This document shows, in pieces, positions 26,410 through 38,712 of a DNA stretch of 64,000 nucleotides (positions are counted from its first letter, which is position 1; every line of letters starts with the position of its first letter). The notes beneath the pieces are model-generated. The model was not told the origin of the DNA, ran no database searches, and worked only from the letters and a program-made list of their open reading frames with translations. Made by a program: the position numbers and the translations under genes. Location of the stretch: positions 15,686,001 through 15,750,000 of the forward strand of contig CP075494.1 of the NCBI GenBank assembly GCA_021613535.1, written 5' to 3'. This stretch comes from Adineta vaga. Lineage: Eukaryota > Animalia > Rotifera.

Positions 26410-27222
26410 TAAATCGCTTCACACAGAACTAGAACAATATGTTACTTGAATCTATTTTACTATAGTATTAACTTTGTTGTTGTTATCAGAAGAAAAGACT
26501 TCCTGTGTTCATGATATAATTAAAGAAGAGTTTCTTTTCTCATTTATTCAATGATGAGATGTACATAGTAAACATTACATCGTCATAATCAATACAATAC
26601 TTATTTCTTTTCGCATATGAAACAACTACAACCATCGTACAGAGAAGAAACAGAAGACAACAATTCAATTGTATCTTCCCACTTCTGTTGCTCTTCTTTT
26701 GATTTTATTAACAGTAACTATATACGTTTCTACCATAAATAAGATTGTTTTTCGCATTTACACTTTTCGATTATGTTAAATTAAGTTTTCTTATTACTGG
26801 AAATGGTTGATCAAAGTGAAGATAAAGATAAATACATGAAATAACAAAGAGAAGGATTATTTAACTATATATTGCTTATTCTCATTTTGTCTTTTACTAA
26901 CGACCTCTATTAATATGAAAAGTATTTTACATAGATAGATATGAATGATTTGTATCGAACTATTAAAAGCAAATTAGATTTGAGAAGAAAAAGAAAAATT
27001 GAATGAACCTTTCCCTGTCTGAACTAAATGTGTTATGATCAAAAATGAAAATGGTTTTTAAAATTGAAATTTAACATGATTAGTTTCTTTGATTGATCAT
27101 TCTCACTTTGTCTATAGGAATAACAAAAGAGCGAAGAAGAAAAATTCGAAAATAATTAAATTTCTTACATAATGATTCATCAGATAAAATCAATTGAAAG
27201 ATTATTTTATTTACTGTTTTAG
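26364..27222 (+). repeat. Upstream region of the DYW-PPR duplication unit, copy 3 (5'-truncated)
   Basis: Near-identical to 21561-22420. Confidence 0.9.
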
Positions 27223-29637
27223 ATGATTACCACTTTTAGGGTTATCTCTCATCATACAAAATCAAAATGTATCGATCTACTACGTACAATAACCACTTCA
27301 AACCAGACAAATATTGACATTGAAATGAAGAAACTAAATGATAGAAAAGAATTTGTTAAAGCACTTGATCTATTTGATAAACTGAAACATCAAACAATTC
27401 TAACGGATAGAATTCTTCTTCAAGCGTTCAAAGCTTGCACTCAGTTAGGCTATCTCGAACGTGGTCAAATCATTCATAAAAATCTCTCAGATAGTTTATT
27501 GAACAACAGTTACATTCAAACAACACTGATCAGTTTTTATAGTAAGTTTATGTTATTTCACGAAATCAAAATTAATCTTTGTTACTTCCAGTGCAATGCG
27601 GTCGAGTAAACGATGCTCAACATGTTTTTGATTTATCGAAGAAGAAAACATTAATGCATTATGGTGCAATGATGAAAGGTAAATTCATTAATGCTTTGGA
27701 TTACATCTGGAATTTCGTCCTATATAGGTTTGATAAAAAATAAGAGGGCTGACAAAGCAATTGAACTCTTTTCAAAAAATACTAATCCAGATGGAATTCT
27801 CCTTTGTCTCTTGTTCAACAGTTGTGCTCATGTTCAGACAAAACAAGCATTAGATTTTGGTAAGAAAGTTTGGTCACAAATGTCATCAATTCATCATAAA
27901 AATAAATACATTCTCACTTCTGCCTTTGATATGTTTGTCAAATGTGGTGATATGGAAAATGCAGAGAATGTATTTGCCAAAAAGAAACGCATTGTAATTG
28001 ATTATGGACAAATGATGAAATGTTATAATGAACATAGTATGCCTATGAAAACTATCGATCTGTATGACAAAATGAAAGATGAAGATGTTGAAGCAAATTC
28101 GATCATTTTTCTTCTTCTAATCGATGCTTGTGGTCAACTTGGAATCGAATCACGTTGTCGATCGATTGTCAATCAAATTCCATCTACGATGTTAAATGAT
28201 TTCAAACTTCAAAATGCTCTAATTCACATGTGGGTAAGTAATATTCAAAAATGTAAGTCACTAGTATTTATTTATTTGTAATTTATATTCGAAACAAAGG
28301 GCAAAGCAGGATGTGTAAATGAAGCGAGAGAGGTTTTTGAGCAAATCGATCAACCAGATCATGTAACATACACTGCTATGAGTAAGTTGGTATTTTCTTC
28401 TGTAGTTTATCTTTTGTTTACTGATGACAATAGTTAATTCATATGGTTTGAATGGAATGGGCCATGATGCTATTGAACTTTATCATCGAATGCCATCAAA
28501 GATGATCGATGAAAAAACTTATACTTGTATTTTGAATGCATGTTCACATTCAGGACTTGTTGATGAAGCTCGGACAATTTTCTCCACAATTCAAATGAAA
28601 GATGAGTGGATTTATACAGCCATGGTTCGTATATAGATCTCATTGGAAAATAAAGAACTATGGATGTGTTTATTTAGATCGATTGTTTAAGTCGATCATT
28701 TTTGTTCGATGAAGCAAAACAATTGATTGAAGAATATGAACGTCATCAAGCTCCTTCTCTTCCGATATATAGTAAGTGTTTTGCATTGATTTTTTCCAAA
28801 TCTGCTCAAAAGTATAATAATCACTATTTCCTTGTAATTTTCATCTCAAGTACTATAAATATAAAAGTTTCGTTCATTTTTAGTTTCATTGTTATCAGGG
28901 GCTCGCAATCGAAATAATGCATCCTTAGCAAGACAAACAGTTCATCGAATACGAGAATTATTTCACAATGGTGACGAATCTTTGGTACCAGCTTCGATAC
29001 TCTTTACTAATACTTTAGCATCAGCAGGAGAACTAGAAGAAGCATCACAAATTAGATGGAGTTTGAGTCAATCAGGTGCAAAAAAACAGATTGGTCTGGC
29101 TTGGACAGAATACAACGATGAAATTGCGGTAAATAAAAGTGATTCTGTTGTTTATTGTAGTTGAATGTTTGATTGAATTTTTTAGCAATTTCGTGCTCAC
29201 GATCAATCTCATCCACGAACATCTGAATTATATGATGAACTTGATCGATTGGAAAAGGAACTGATTGAACATGGTCATAAGTTTGATGCAAGTTGGATAA
29301 CACGCCCTTTGATGGCTGGTGAAACTGTTCAATCGGTTCTAAATAGTCACAGTGAAAGATTGGCACTTGCATTCAATTTCATTCAACGACCAATTCCATC
29401 ACGAATTCAAATCGTGAAGAACCTTCGTATTTGTGGTGATTGTCGTAAGTTACTCTTTTGTCATCCCTCCAGACTATTCTGGAGAGAAATTATGTAGTTG
29501 AATATCATTGTCTTTCTTTCATAGATGGTGCCATCAAGTTGATCAGTAAAATTCGTCGATGCGAGATTATCGTTCGTGATGCAAATCGTATTCACCATTT
29601 TTCTGATGGAAAATGTACATGTAATGATCATTTTTAA
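27223..29637 (+). CDS. DYW-type PPR protein, copy 3 (apparently intact)
   Basis: Full PLS-E-DYW architecture with HSERLA, CGDC and ...[14 protein letters not shown]. Confidence 0.92.
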
Positions 29638-30438
29638 TAAAAAAAATGTATTTTCTTGAAATTATCTTGTATTTTATTTTGTTTTACTACAACTGGGTTC
29701 TAATGGTTTCTGGAAATTTATATGTGTTATTTTCTTTTAAAGTTTTATTTCCTCTACTGAAAGGAGGATAATGCGTCAAGCAGATATTACGGAAAAAGCT
29801 ATTTGATTTTCATTCGTGTTTTTGTTCATTCATTCTTTAATCAATATGTACTAACAATGGTTGTCGATGAAGCTTTATCAAACGGTAATGGGGGTTGAGG
29901 AACTCGAATCTGATGTGAACTTAGTTAAACTCTACAAATGCAATGCATGATAGTAGTACAGAAGACTGTTTTTATGAAAAGAGCTGATGTGAGTGCGACC
30001 TTTGACGCTCATTACTTGTTAATCAATTGTCTCAATAAGGATCAAGCTTTGAAAAAACCAAATGAATGTTGTTGCTCGGAAATTAGTAATAATTTACTAT
30101 AAATGAATACATCAGCCATACTATCTAGAGAAATTCCATTGGACATTATTGAGTAAGAGTAAGAGCACAGTTTATGTTTGGTAGACTCTTGTCGACGAGA
30201 AAGAAAATACTTTCTTTTGTCTCTTCCATAAATATTGTTCATTTAGTAGTATTCAAAGCAGACAAAAACTGTCAAAATACTAATTTTATATAATTTGAAG
30301 CAGTTGATCAAATGCTTACAAACATCTTCCGAAAAGTTGCAGTAAAATACACTTATTTGTGTCAAAACGGATGTGCTAGTAAAAATTATATTATAGGGAA
30401 CTATAGAAACGGCTAGCCGTGAGTGGCCGACCGGAGGT

Positions 30439-31685
30439 TCAAGGAACAAAGGATAAAATAAAAGTAAGTGTTCTATTCCAAGATTTTGAAGAAACATTGA
30501 GATGAACAAAATGATCTTCACCATCAACAATGACTCGCGTACAATTATCACCAGCAATCTTTGCTTGTTCAGCAGAAGTTATTGTTTGACTAACAGATAC
30601 TGTAATATCTGCTGATCCAGTAATTGCTTGTATCGGTACTCCTAATGGTAAAAATTGACTTGGATACTGCATTCTTAACAAAACGAAATATTTCCCATCA
30701 TAAAAACAATGAAGTTTTAAACATACTTAACAGTTACATTACTCGAAGCTGCTAGTGATGATAGTATATATCTTTCTGGAAATATTGCATAATTTCCACC
30801 GAGAAATGAAATCACCGCTCCAGATCCTGTTTCATCAGCTTGATCACATCCATCCCACATATTATTCACACCTGCTTGAGTAACAAGAGCTATTGGACGA
30901 AGTGGATTGATACTATATCCAGGTTGATTTGGTGTTAATCAAAAACGTCCAGTAACATAACCACCCAATTGTCCACCAGCTGAATGACCAACAACGATAA
31001 CTCGATCACTTTGAAAACCTTGTTCTCGAGCAATACTTCGAAGAAGATCTGTTCCATTGGATACATCGTAAAATGTATTCGGATAACCACCTTGATTTCC
31101 AAACGAACGATAATCTAAATTACAAACAACAATATTAAAACGAAGAAGATCATTGGCGACAGCATCTTCTATTGAACGATTAATTATTGATCTCCAAAAT
31201 CCACCATGAATGAGAAGAACTACTAGATGAACGTAAGGACCTTTCGGTAAATGACAATCAATCACTTGAATAGGATCAGGTCCATACTGATAAGCAACGC
31301 ATTTATCATCATTCGGATACAATCCACCTATCCATAAAGGAAAAAACCCATTTCTCTCAATCACACGTGCTTCAGTTCGTACCTTCACATGGACCAAAAT
31401 CAGTCTTATTCGTATGTTGTTTTTGAATACGAGTTGTTGAAGCTAAGAGAAGTAAGATTATCTTACGCGATACTTTAGAATTATATTATGTACCTGAAGA
31501 ATGAGTATCATTTATATTGCTTTGATAGATCATCGTAATTGATTTGGGATCTAATGAGTTCGGATATTATAAGCAGAGTTCTATACACAAATACCTTGAT
31601 TAAGTCTATTCGTTTTCCTTGCTGATACATATGAAACGATCGATACAATTAAAATCATACTGATCAACGTATAACTCATGTTCAT
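30439..31685 (-). pseudogene. Bacterial-type alpha/beta-hydrolase (HSL-like esterase/lipase) with in-frame stops
   Basis: YGPDPIQVID...LIHGGFWR...NLDYR...GGYPNTFYDV...VGHSAGG, an in-frame TGA at 30939-30941, then ...VTQAGV...FLGG...PERY / intron / LPLGVP...GSAD...GEDHF. A signal-peptide-like start at 31685 is followed by stops. Confidence 0.8.
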
Positions 31686-32025
31686 CTAAATTTTTCATAT
31701 ATAACAATGCAAATGTAATTTTAACTTCATTTAGAACAGAAATATACTTACTTTATTAATAAACTATGTATTTTGTTGACAAATAATTTTTTAATTTCTG
31801 TTGTTATTAGTCGAAATGAAAAAAGAAGAATGTAATTCAATGATAGTAACGACCTTTCTAATATGAGTAACAAAAATAGGGTTAGTATGATATTACTTTT
31901 TAAAAAATCCTTTGAAATATGAGAAGGGAATCAATCCAGATGTGAGTTTTTTTAAGACTACACTAAAACGAGATAGTCCTTTTATTCTTTGATAGACAGA
32001 GTGAAAAGTTTGAAGATATATAGAA

Positions 32026-33073
32026 TCAATTATTTTGCTCTATTGATCGATTGAATGTTTGTTGACCATGTTGTAAAACTGATAACGGATGCGCGTGATT
32101 TTGAATTGGTTTTATTCGACGATAACATTGTTGAAAAATTTTGAGAAATTCTTTACGAAAAACTGTTCCAGTCAATGTATATAAATAGAAGGTTGATGAA
32201 TGAGCAAAATAAGGTATAATACCAAAAAATCGACTGGCTACATTTTCTTGTGCAATTCGAAGTGTATCTTTAACAAAATAACTTGTAAATGATAGATAAA
32301 GTTGGCTAATTGAGACTGGCAATGTAAAGAAAATAATCACAAATACTTGAGCTGTTAACATACGTAGAAGTTGTGTATCTGTTCGTCGAACAATATGATT
32401 TGTTTCACTATTGACCGGTAAAATTGCACGTCGTTCTCGTAAATGTTTCAATGTTAATAAACCAAAGAAAAGCATCATTGATGATGGTACTAATGAATAT
32501 GTAACAATATTCCACAAAGGTGAAAATGTTCCATAAACACCTCTTTGTGGATTACATAATGTAGTTATTTGTCCAAATCGATCACGACCAATATTGATTT
32601 CATGATATACAATCATATGAACATGTCCAAGAAAAAGAATCAAACTTGTGATACCAACAATCATTCGTGCATTTTTTAATGAACTTAAACGACGGATACG
32701 TGCATTTGATGAACTATGAAAAAATCGATCAATACAAGCCATTACAATCAACCAAATTGATATCGCACGTGTTACATATAAAGTAAATAATTGTATTCGA
32801 CAAATTCCAACATTATAATTTGCAACATCACGATTAAAATTTACAGCAATAAGACGCATTGGTTTAATGATAAATATTGTCATTAAACTAATACACGATG
32901 ATCAAAAAAAAGTAAACAGCACATGGTTCACGACGTAAAGATGCACGAGTAAAAATTTAGACATTAAATAATAAACTAATTCCACCTGGAATAATATTTA
33001 AAGTTGAAAGAACTAAAACAATCATTGCTGTTGCTTGATTTAATTCATTGATAGTTGCATTTATGGACGACAT
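32026..33073 (-). pseudogene. Rhodopsin-like GPCR with a stop and a frameshift in the TM1-TM2 region
   Basis: ATG at 33073 (MSSINATINELNQ...), in-frame TAA near 32958 and a frameshift in the A8 run at about 32904-32911. The remainder (ACIDRF...STFYLYTLTGTVFRKEF) is an open 285-aa frame. Confidence 0.75.
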
Positions 33074-35025
33074 TTTTAGTTTCAAAAAATGGTTTGACAG
33101 ACTTTTCAATTCCTTTTATATGAAATTTTAATTATGAAATTAACTCATCATTTGTGATAAGGATTGTACCGTAAATTGAAAACATATCTTTATTTTTTTG
33201 TAAGATATTTCTTTTAAAAATAGATTTAATTTATTTAATCTAAGTAAATCATATTTATGTTTATATCATAATTCTTCATTTTATAAAATAGCCGACATAT
33301 AATCAGAAAGTCATGTATACTTGTTGTCATAAAAAAAGGCATTATAAAATCAAGGAAAATAAAAGATACATTTACTGTTTATTCAACGTAAATAGAAAAA
33401 TCCATTTGTTTTAAATAATTCAATATTAAATTTATTGAATAAATATTTCTTCCTCTCAATTTTACATTCAATTGAGGAAATTTCATAACTCATTCGCTTA
33501 CTTCTTTAACAATTATTGATCAATGAGTTTCGACGTTATAATGTTCAAATGAATAGAATATTTGAACAGAAAATGAAATGATCTATTCATCTTCTTTGAC
33601 AACAGTTATTGATTACTATCACTTACATCTAACATACGATTGGGTAAAATACTCAGACAGAGAATGATATGAGTTATTCATGTACTTCTATAATAGTCAA
33701 TGAATGGTAAAATTCGAATCTAACATTGAAATCAATAAGGTATTTGAATAGTATATACCATGACTTATTCGTCTATTTTTATGACAACTTCAGAGTAATG
33801 TAGTTAGTTAGAATGTAATATGTGATTGAGTGAAATATTAGCATAGATAAATGCATGACTCATTTCTATGTTATGTTAATTTTATCTAAATAGAGTGAAA
33901 TATGCGTAAAGATTTTGTCTGATTCATTTATCTTTCATCTTATATTATATCTCATGATATGTTTGTAGGACGACATTACATAGAACGTTGAAGTTGAATA
34001 CATGACTAAAAGACCAATTCATACAACGTTTTATAATGTACTATAGGAAATGGAAAGGACATCCTATTGGATTCATCAAAATATATGAATATATATATAT
34101 ATCAGTGGGTACTTATAGTGATTCGTATATTACCTGTTTTCTATTATTGATGATATTATCTATTGAATAAAACTTTTCTGATTGTCACTGTCAGTTTTTT
34201 GGATAAGATATTCTTTGAAGTAAGTTGATTTTTCACGATTAATATTCTATAATATGCATTGTAATTATTTATACATATCATTTTTTTCCAGGAAGAACCA
34301 AATTCAGACAAATTCATCACAACTAAAAGACATTTCATATTTTTAATTTTTACTCCGGTTACTATTATCATTAACATTCTATTTTTTATTTATTTATACT
34401 CAAGCCGTATTTCCATTTGTCTTTCAAATAAATATATTATTTATAAAAGTAACAGTATTTATTGAAACTATAAAACGAAGATAAAAGATAGAAAAGAAAG
34501 ATCGAGTTTTACTTTGAATTATGATACATATCTACTGATATAAACTGAAATTTTACATGGGAACCACCCTAAGATTCATAGTCTTTATTGATAAAGATTT
34601 ACATGACTCGCTATCATATAAATATGTATCTTTCTTTCTATCTTTTATAAAATTTCACTTTTAATTTAATATAATTCTAATGACCGGGGAGACATCAATT
34701 TCCAGATCTACAATCAATCTTTAAATTTTTAAATAGAAACCAATTCAGATGAATTCATTCATTGCATTGACGGACGACATATTTTAATTAAAGAGAATCT
34801 ATCTAAAGAATGCTGTTAAAAAAAAAGTATTCGAAGTGAAATGATGACCTTTAGAAATAAACTGTTTTTCTTTTAACTTTTTCGAATGAATATTCTTGAC
34901 TTAGTCTAAAAATAGATAGAAATCAGTAAGAGAATGTCTCTGTCACTCTTGTTTCTCATCAACGGCAGATTATTTAATCATTTTTATAAACCGACAAGCA
35001 TGCTTTTGTTCATAAGAACTTAAAC

Positions 35026-35152
35026 GAACTAATCGAATAAGCTCTCGACGTGGGAGTTCATTATTATAATTCAGGGAAAGATATACGTCATTTCTTATTC
35101 GCTATATTCATATCATGTTCTTTCTCCTGTATCGATCAAATGTGTGATCCTC
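35026..35152 (+). repeat. Solo ~125-bp piece of the PPR upstream repeat
   Basis: Matches 21457-21583 (...TCGACGTGGGA(A)GTTCATTATTATAATTCAGG...GTGATCCTC). Confidence 0.85.
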
Positions 35153-35931
35153 TATGAAATATTTCTTTTATTTTATTTTTTCTTCATTATATTATCGCTT
35201 TAGCTTAAACGAATCTCTATTTTACAAATGAAAATACCAAATATAACGATGAAATTGGTATGGAATATGCTTGTTTTCGGCTTTCTTCAAATGGGGATCT
35301 AAATCTTAATCAAGAAATGTTATATTATCGCATGTTGTAATAAATAAAATGTCAAATAATCTTAGATATATTTATCCAGAGTCTAGTATTATATAAGAAA
35401 TTTATTAAAAAAAAACTCGGGTATATAACACAAGAGGGAACAAATATCATGATGGTTCTAGTAAGCACAAGAATTTTCTGAAATTATTGTTACAACTTTG
35501 TATTTTATGTATTTTATTTATGTGTTAATAATGTACTATCATAGAACCGTTCGTGCTAAAATGGTTATTCTGTTACTATTTCGATTGTACTAATCAAAAT
35601 ACGTTAGTATGGTGTATACTTGCATAACTTTGAGATTTGTACAAATATCATATCTAAGCAGCATAGATTTCAAAAAATAGATTCGTCAATCATATTTTAT
35701 TAGAAATACGTGGTTGAAGAAATTTTCTACTTTGAATTTATCAATCATAGATGGTCTAAAAAATCTGCCAAACGAGTTCCAAAAGGTTTCATAGCATTTT
35801 TATTATAGTACAGAATCACGAATCCATGTTGTTTTCCTTCTTTCAATGATATTAACAACTTTTCTGCTACAGTATCTAGTTTCCTATAAACAAAATGCTG
35901 TTTCGATATTCAGCAGACAACGAAGTATTAA

Positions 35932-36144
35932 CCCTTGCAGTACCAGCCTTTTTACGTCTTGACTGCAATTGTTCTTCTAATCTAAATGATGAGATTTTTA
36001 GATCTGATTTCATAGAGACCATGTCAAAACAATGATCTTTTTAGTTTCTGCGAAAAATTAAAAATACATCTCAGACTTTGTTACTTAAAAAAATACATTC
36101 ACTTTGGCTGGGGTCAAAAATGACCCCGGCTGGTACTACAAGGG
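35932..36144. mobile_element. Non-autonomous piggyBac-type element
   Basis: TTAA TSD at 35928-35931 and 36145-36148. The 17-bp TIRs are CCCTTGCAGTACCAGCC / GGCTGGTACTACAAGGG (1 mismatch), with a subterminal palindrome GGGGTCAAAAATGACCCC. Confidence 0.88.
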
Positions 36145-36394
36145 TTAAAGAACGATGAATATTTCCAATTGACAAGATGATGTATTACATGAGAAATTTA
36201 TTTTGAAACAGTTCTGTACATATAACACAAGATCAAAGAAATGATTTCTATATTCCAATGATCATAAGAGTTGTCGCAATCAATCTTTGTCTTCCAGACA
36301 AATGTAAAACTGAAGAATAATTCAAATAAAATAATAATGTTGTGGAAGTTTGTTTTGTGAAAAGCTATGGTGTTATACTGGCTTCTCCAATCAG

Positions 36395-36943
36395 TTAAAA
36401 ATCATCATGCTGCATTATATTCGATAGAATGTCATTGGATTTATTTTCATTCATAAGCCATACTGTTGAATTCACATTGTTTAATCCAAACATTGAGACT
36501 AATCTGTTATATGTTAATTCTAGACTAGATTCTCCGTTAGTTTTTGATACCTTTTCGACTTTTTCTATATTGCCAGACCAGAAAGGGACATGATGAAGAC
36601 ATTCTATACCAAAGTATTGCTGGGAGAACGTGTTGTACATTTGTGTATGTAGGATGTGCTGATGCCAAGCTTTATCAACCATTCCCGATGGGGAAAACGT
36701 TTCGTTATCATTGTTTTTTATAAGTGTATAAAAATGTTCCAATTCGATGATTGAATTTAAAGCATCGTCGCTACTCATATGTTCTTGATTTTGCAGGCGT
36801 TCGTTGAGATAAAGAACCTCCGTTGTTGATAGTTGAACGCTGATAAACTGTGGTGTCAATGAAATCTCATCATGAGCTGACGTAATTGAAACTAACAGAT
36901 GCACAAATAACATAAAACAACAATCCAGATGAACTTTGCTCAT
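36395..36943 (-). CDS. Secreted GRDP/DUF1399-like protein (PS-x2-VD-x2-WH-x-HILxT...HHxP motif)
   Basis: 182-aa intronless CDS with a signal peptide (...LLVSITSA|HD) and FSPSGMVDKAWHQHILHTQMYNTFSQQYFGIECLHHVP. A probable 5'UTR intron lies at about 36979-37039. Confidence 0.75.
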   Translation of the reverse strand: MSKVHLDCCFMLFVHLLVSITSAHDEISLTPQFISVQLSTTEVLYLNERLQNQEHMSSDDALNSIIELEHFYTLIKNNDNETFSPSGMVDKAWHQHILHTQMYNTFSQQYFGIECLHHVPFWSGNIEKVEKVSKTNGESSLELTYNRLVSMFGLNNVNSTVWLMNENKSNDILSNIMQHDDF

Positions 36944-37927
36944 TGTTTACAATGAATTTGTCGAAAATTATCTGAAATCTAGAAAGATGAAACAATTAAT
37001 ATTTAATCAGTAGAATCATGTAAGAGAGATATCATTTACGTCTATAGGCACATATTAAGAGTAATGAGTAAGAAGGATTTTTGTTGCCATACATATATTT
37101 ACTAGTAATTGATAAAAAGCGAATAGTACCGTAACTGTTTCACAGGTATTCATGAGTTTCTAACTGAACGAATTATCAAATCATTCAAGGTGTAAAAGAA
37201 TCGATTAGCTTCTGTATTCTGACGGTCTTTTAGTTATCTCGCTAACTGAATATATTGTTGATTTCAAAAGTTTCATACGAACTCTCTAAGCTATACAATA
37301 ATTAGACAAAGTTGGTTTGACGAGAACGTCCAAAATGTCAAACTTTCATTTTCAAAAACAAGAAAAGATATTGTCAATTGTCTACCATCACCGAAAGATT
37401 GAATAGACTTTAAGAAGTGACCTTACTATCAAATACGTAGATAATTGCTACTCATCTGATGCTGAGAAAAAGTAGTAAAAATATTAAGAATAGTAAAGGA
37501 AACAGGTCTTGCTCTCATTTTGTCAAAAGGTTTCTTACTCGATAATTTATTTATAATTTTGTGCGGACTCTCAGTTATGATCAGTTGGAAAGATGAGTTA
37601 AATTTTATTCTCCGATGCCTCACCTCTCAAATACTTGTTTCAAAATTCCTTTTTTCCAATTACTTTTCTTTCACTCCGGTAGAACTGGTAGATCTATACG
37701 GAAATACTTATACCAGCAGTACAATCAGCAACAAGTGAGTTTAAACCGTTTAATTCAATAAACAATTTGCTCTCATATATATGCGATGAATTGACCGACG
37801 ACGAATTGATCGGTCATGACCTTGTGTAGAAGATAAACATTTTGGCACAGTGAGGTCGTGTTGAGGATGGGAATAATATAATTTTCCCATCAATGTTGTT
37901 CGTACATCTTCCCGTCAGACGAAGCAG

Positions 37928-37934
37928 TATAAAT
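37928..37934 (+). promoter_or_regulatory. TATA box of the small peptide gene
   Basis: TATAAAT about 75 nt upstream of the ATG at 38004. Confidence 0.45.
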
Positions 37935-38003
37935 ACTCACCACAGTTTTTTTGTGGTTATCAATTCATCCTTCAACACATATCAGACAAGACATCCACTC
38001 ACT

Positions 38004-38231
38004 ATGCAAACAAAAGTATACATGATTTTGCTGGCTGTTGTGTTGGGTCTGGCAACAACTACGAACGCGCAGCCGTTCGAGGACGATCCCACTACCTCTA
38101 GCAATTTTCTCGCCGAGCGCCGTACTACTCTGAAGCAGCTAATCAAACAACAAACAGAAAATGGCAACAAATTTCAGCAATTAGATGTGCGAGCGTTAGA
38201 GGTTGAGGCTGGCTGTTTTGCTTCAAAATAA
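38004..38231 (+). CDS. Small secreted prepropeptide (75 aa)
   Basis: MQTKVYMILLAVVLGLATTTNA|QPFEDDPTTSSNFLAERRTTLKQLIKQQTENGNKFQQLDVRALEVEAGCFASK*. It has a clear signal peptide, a dibasic RR site and codons visibly GC-richer than the flanks. Confidence 0.75.
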   Translation: MQTKVYMILLAVVLGLATTTNAQPFEDDPTTSSNFLAERRTTLKQLIKQQTENGNKFQQLDVRALEVEAGCFASK

Positions 38232-38712
38232 GAAACGCTAAGTATGTTTATAATTGTACAATGCATGAACGTGTATCTATGGATTACTGCTCTCTCTTTA
38301 GAAACATCAACATCCATAGAAAAAAATTTCATCATCAACTATTCATAGAAATTAACATTTCATTATTCGTTTATTCTAAAACTTCTTCAATCTTCACATA
38401 ACCATTTTTGTCGTCCTCCAAAGTCTTTTTGTTTTTTTGTTCAACAATTAAATTCTCTAAACCAACTGTATTGTTTTCAACGAAGCACTGGAAAGTTTAG
38501 CCATTTTTGCCTAATATCAAATCGTTGAAAATTACTCGAATGAACAACTTTCTCAAGACATGAAGTTTGTCAACATTTCGGACTTTGCCAATATTTGTTG
38601 TTGTTATTATTTAGTTGGTGTCAGAATCTTACTAATATTGATAGTAAACAAAATAATAACACAATGTAAATTTAATTTCGAAAGAGTTTAAAACATATAC
38701 TCCAAAAGGAAG

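Noticed and set aside
14544-29637. Plant contamination as the source of the DYW-PPR genes
   Set aside because: The genes have host-style short introns and AT content and are interleaved with animal genes. Plant DYW-PPR genes are typically intron-poor.
30939-30941. Idea that in-frame stops (TGA here, TAG in PSME4) are repaired by the DYW proteins
   Set aside because: C-to-U editing cannot remove stop codons, and these genes carry other lesions as well.
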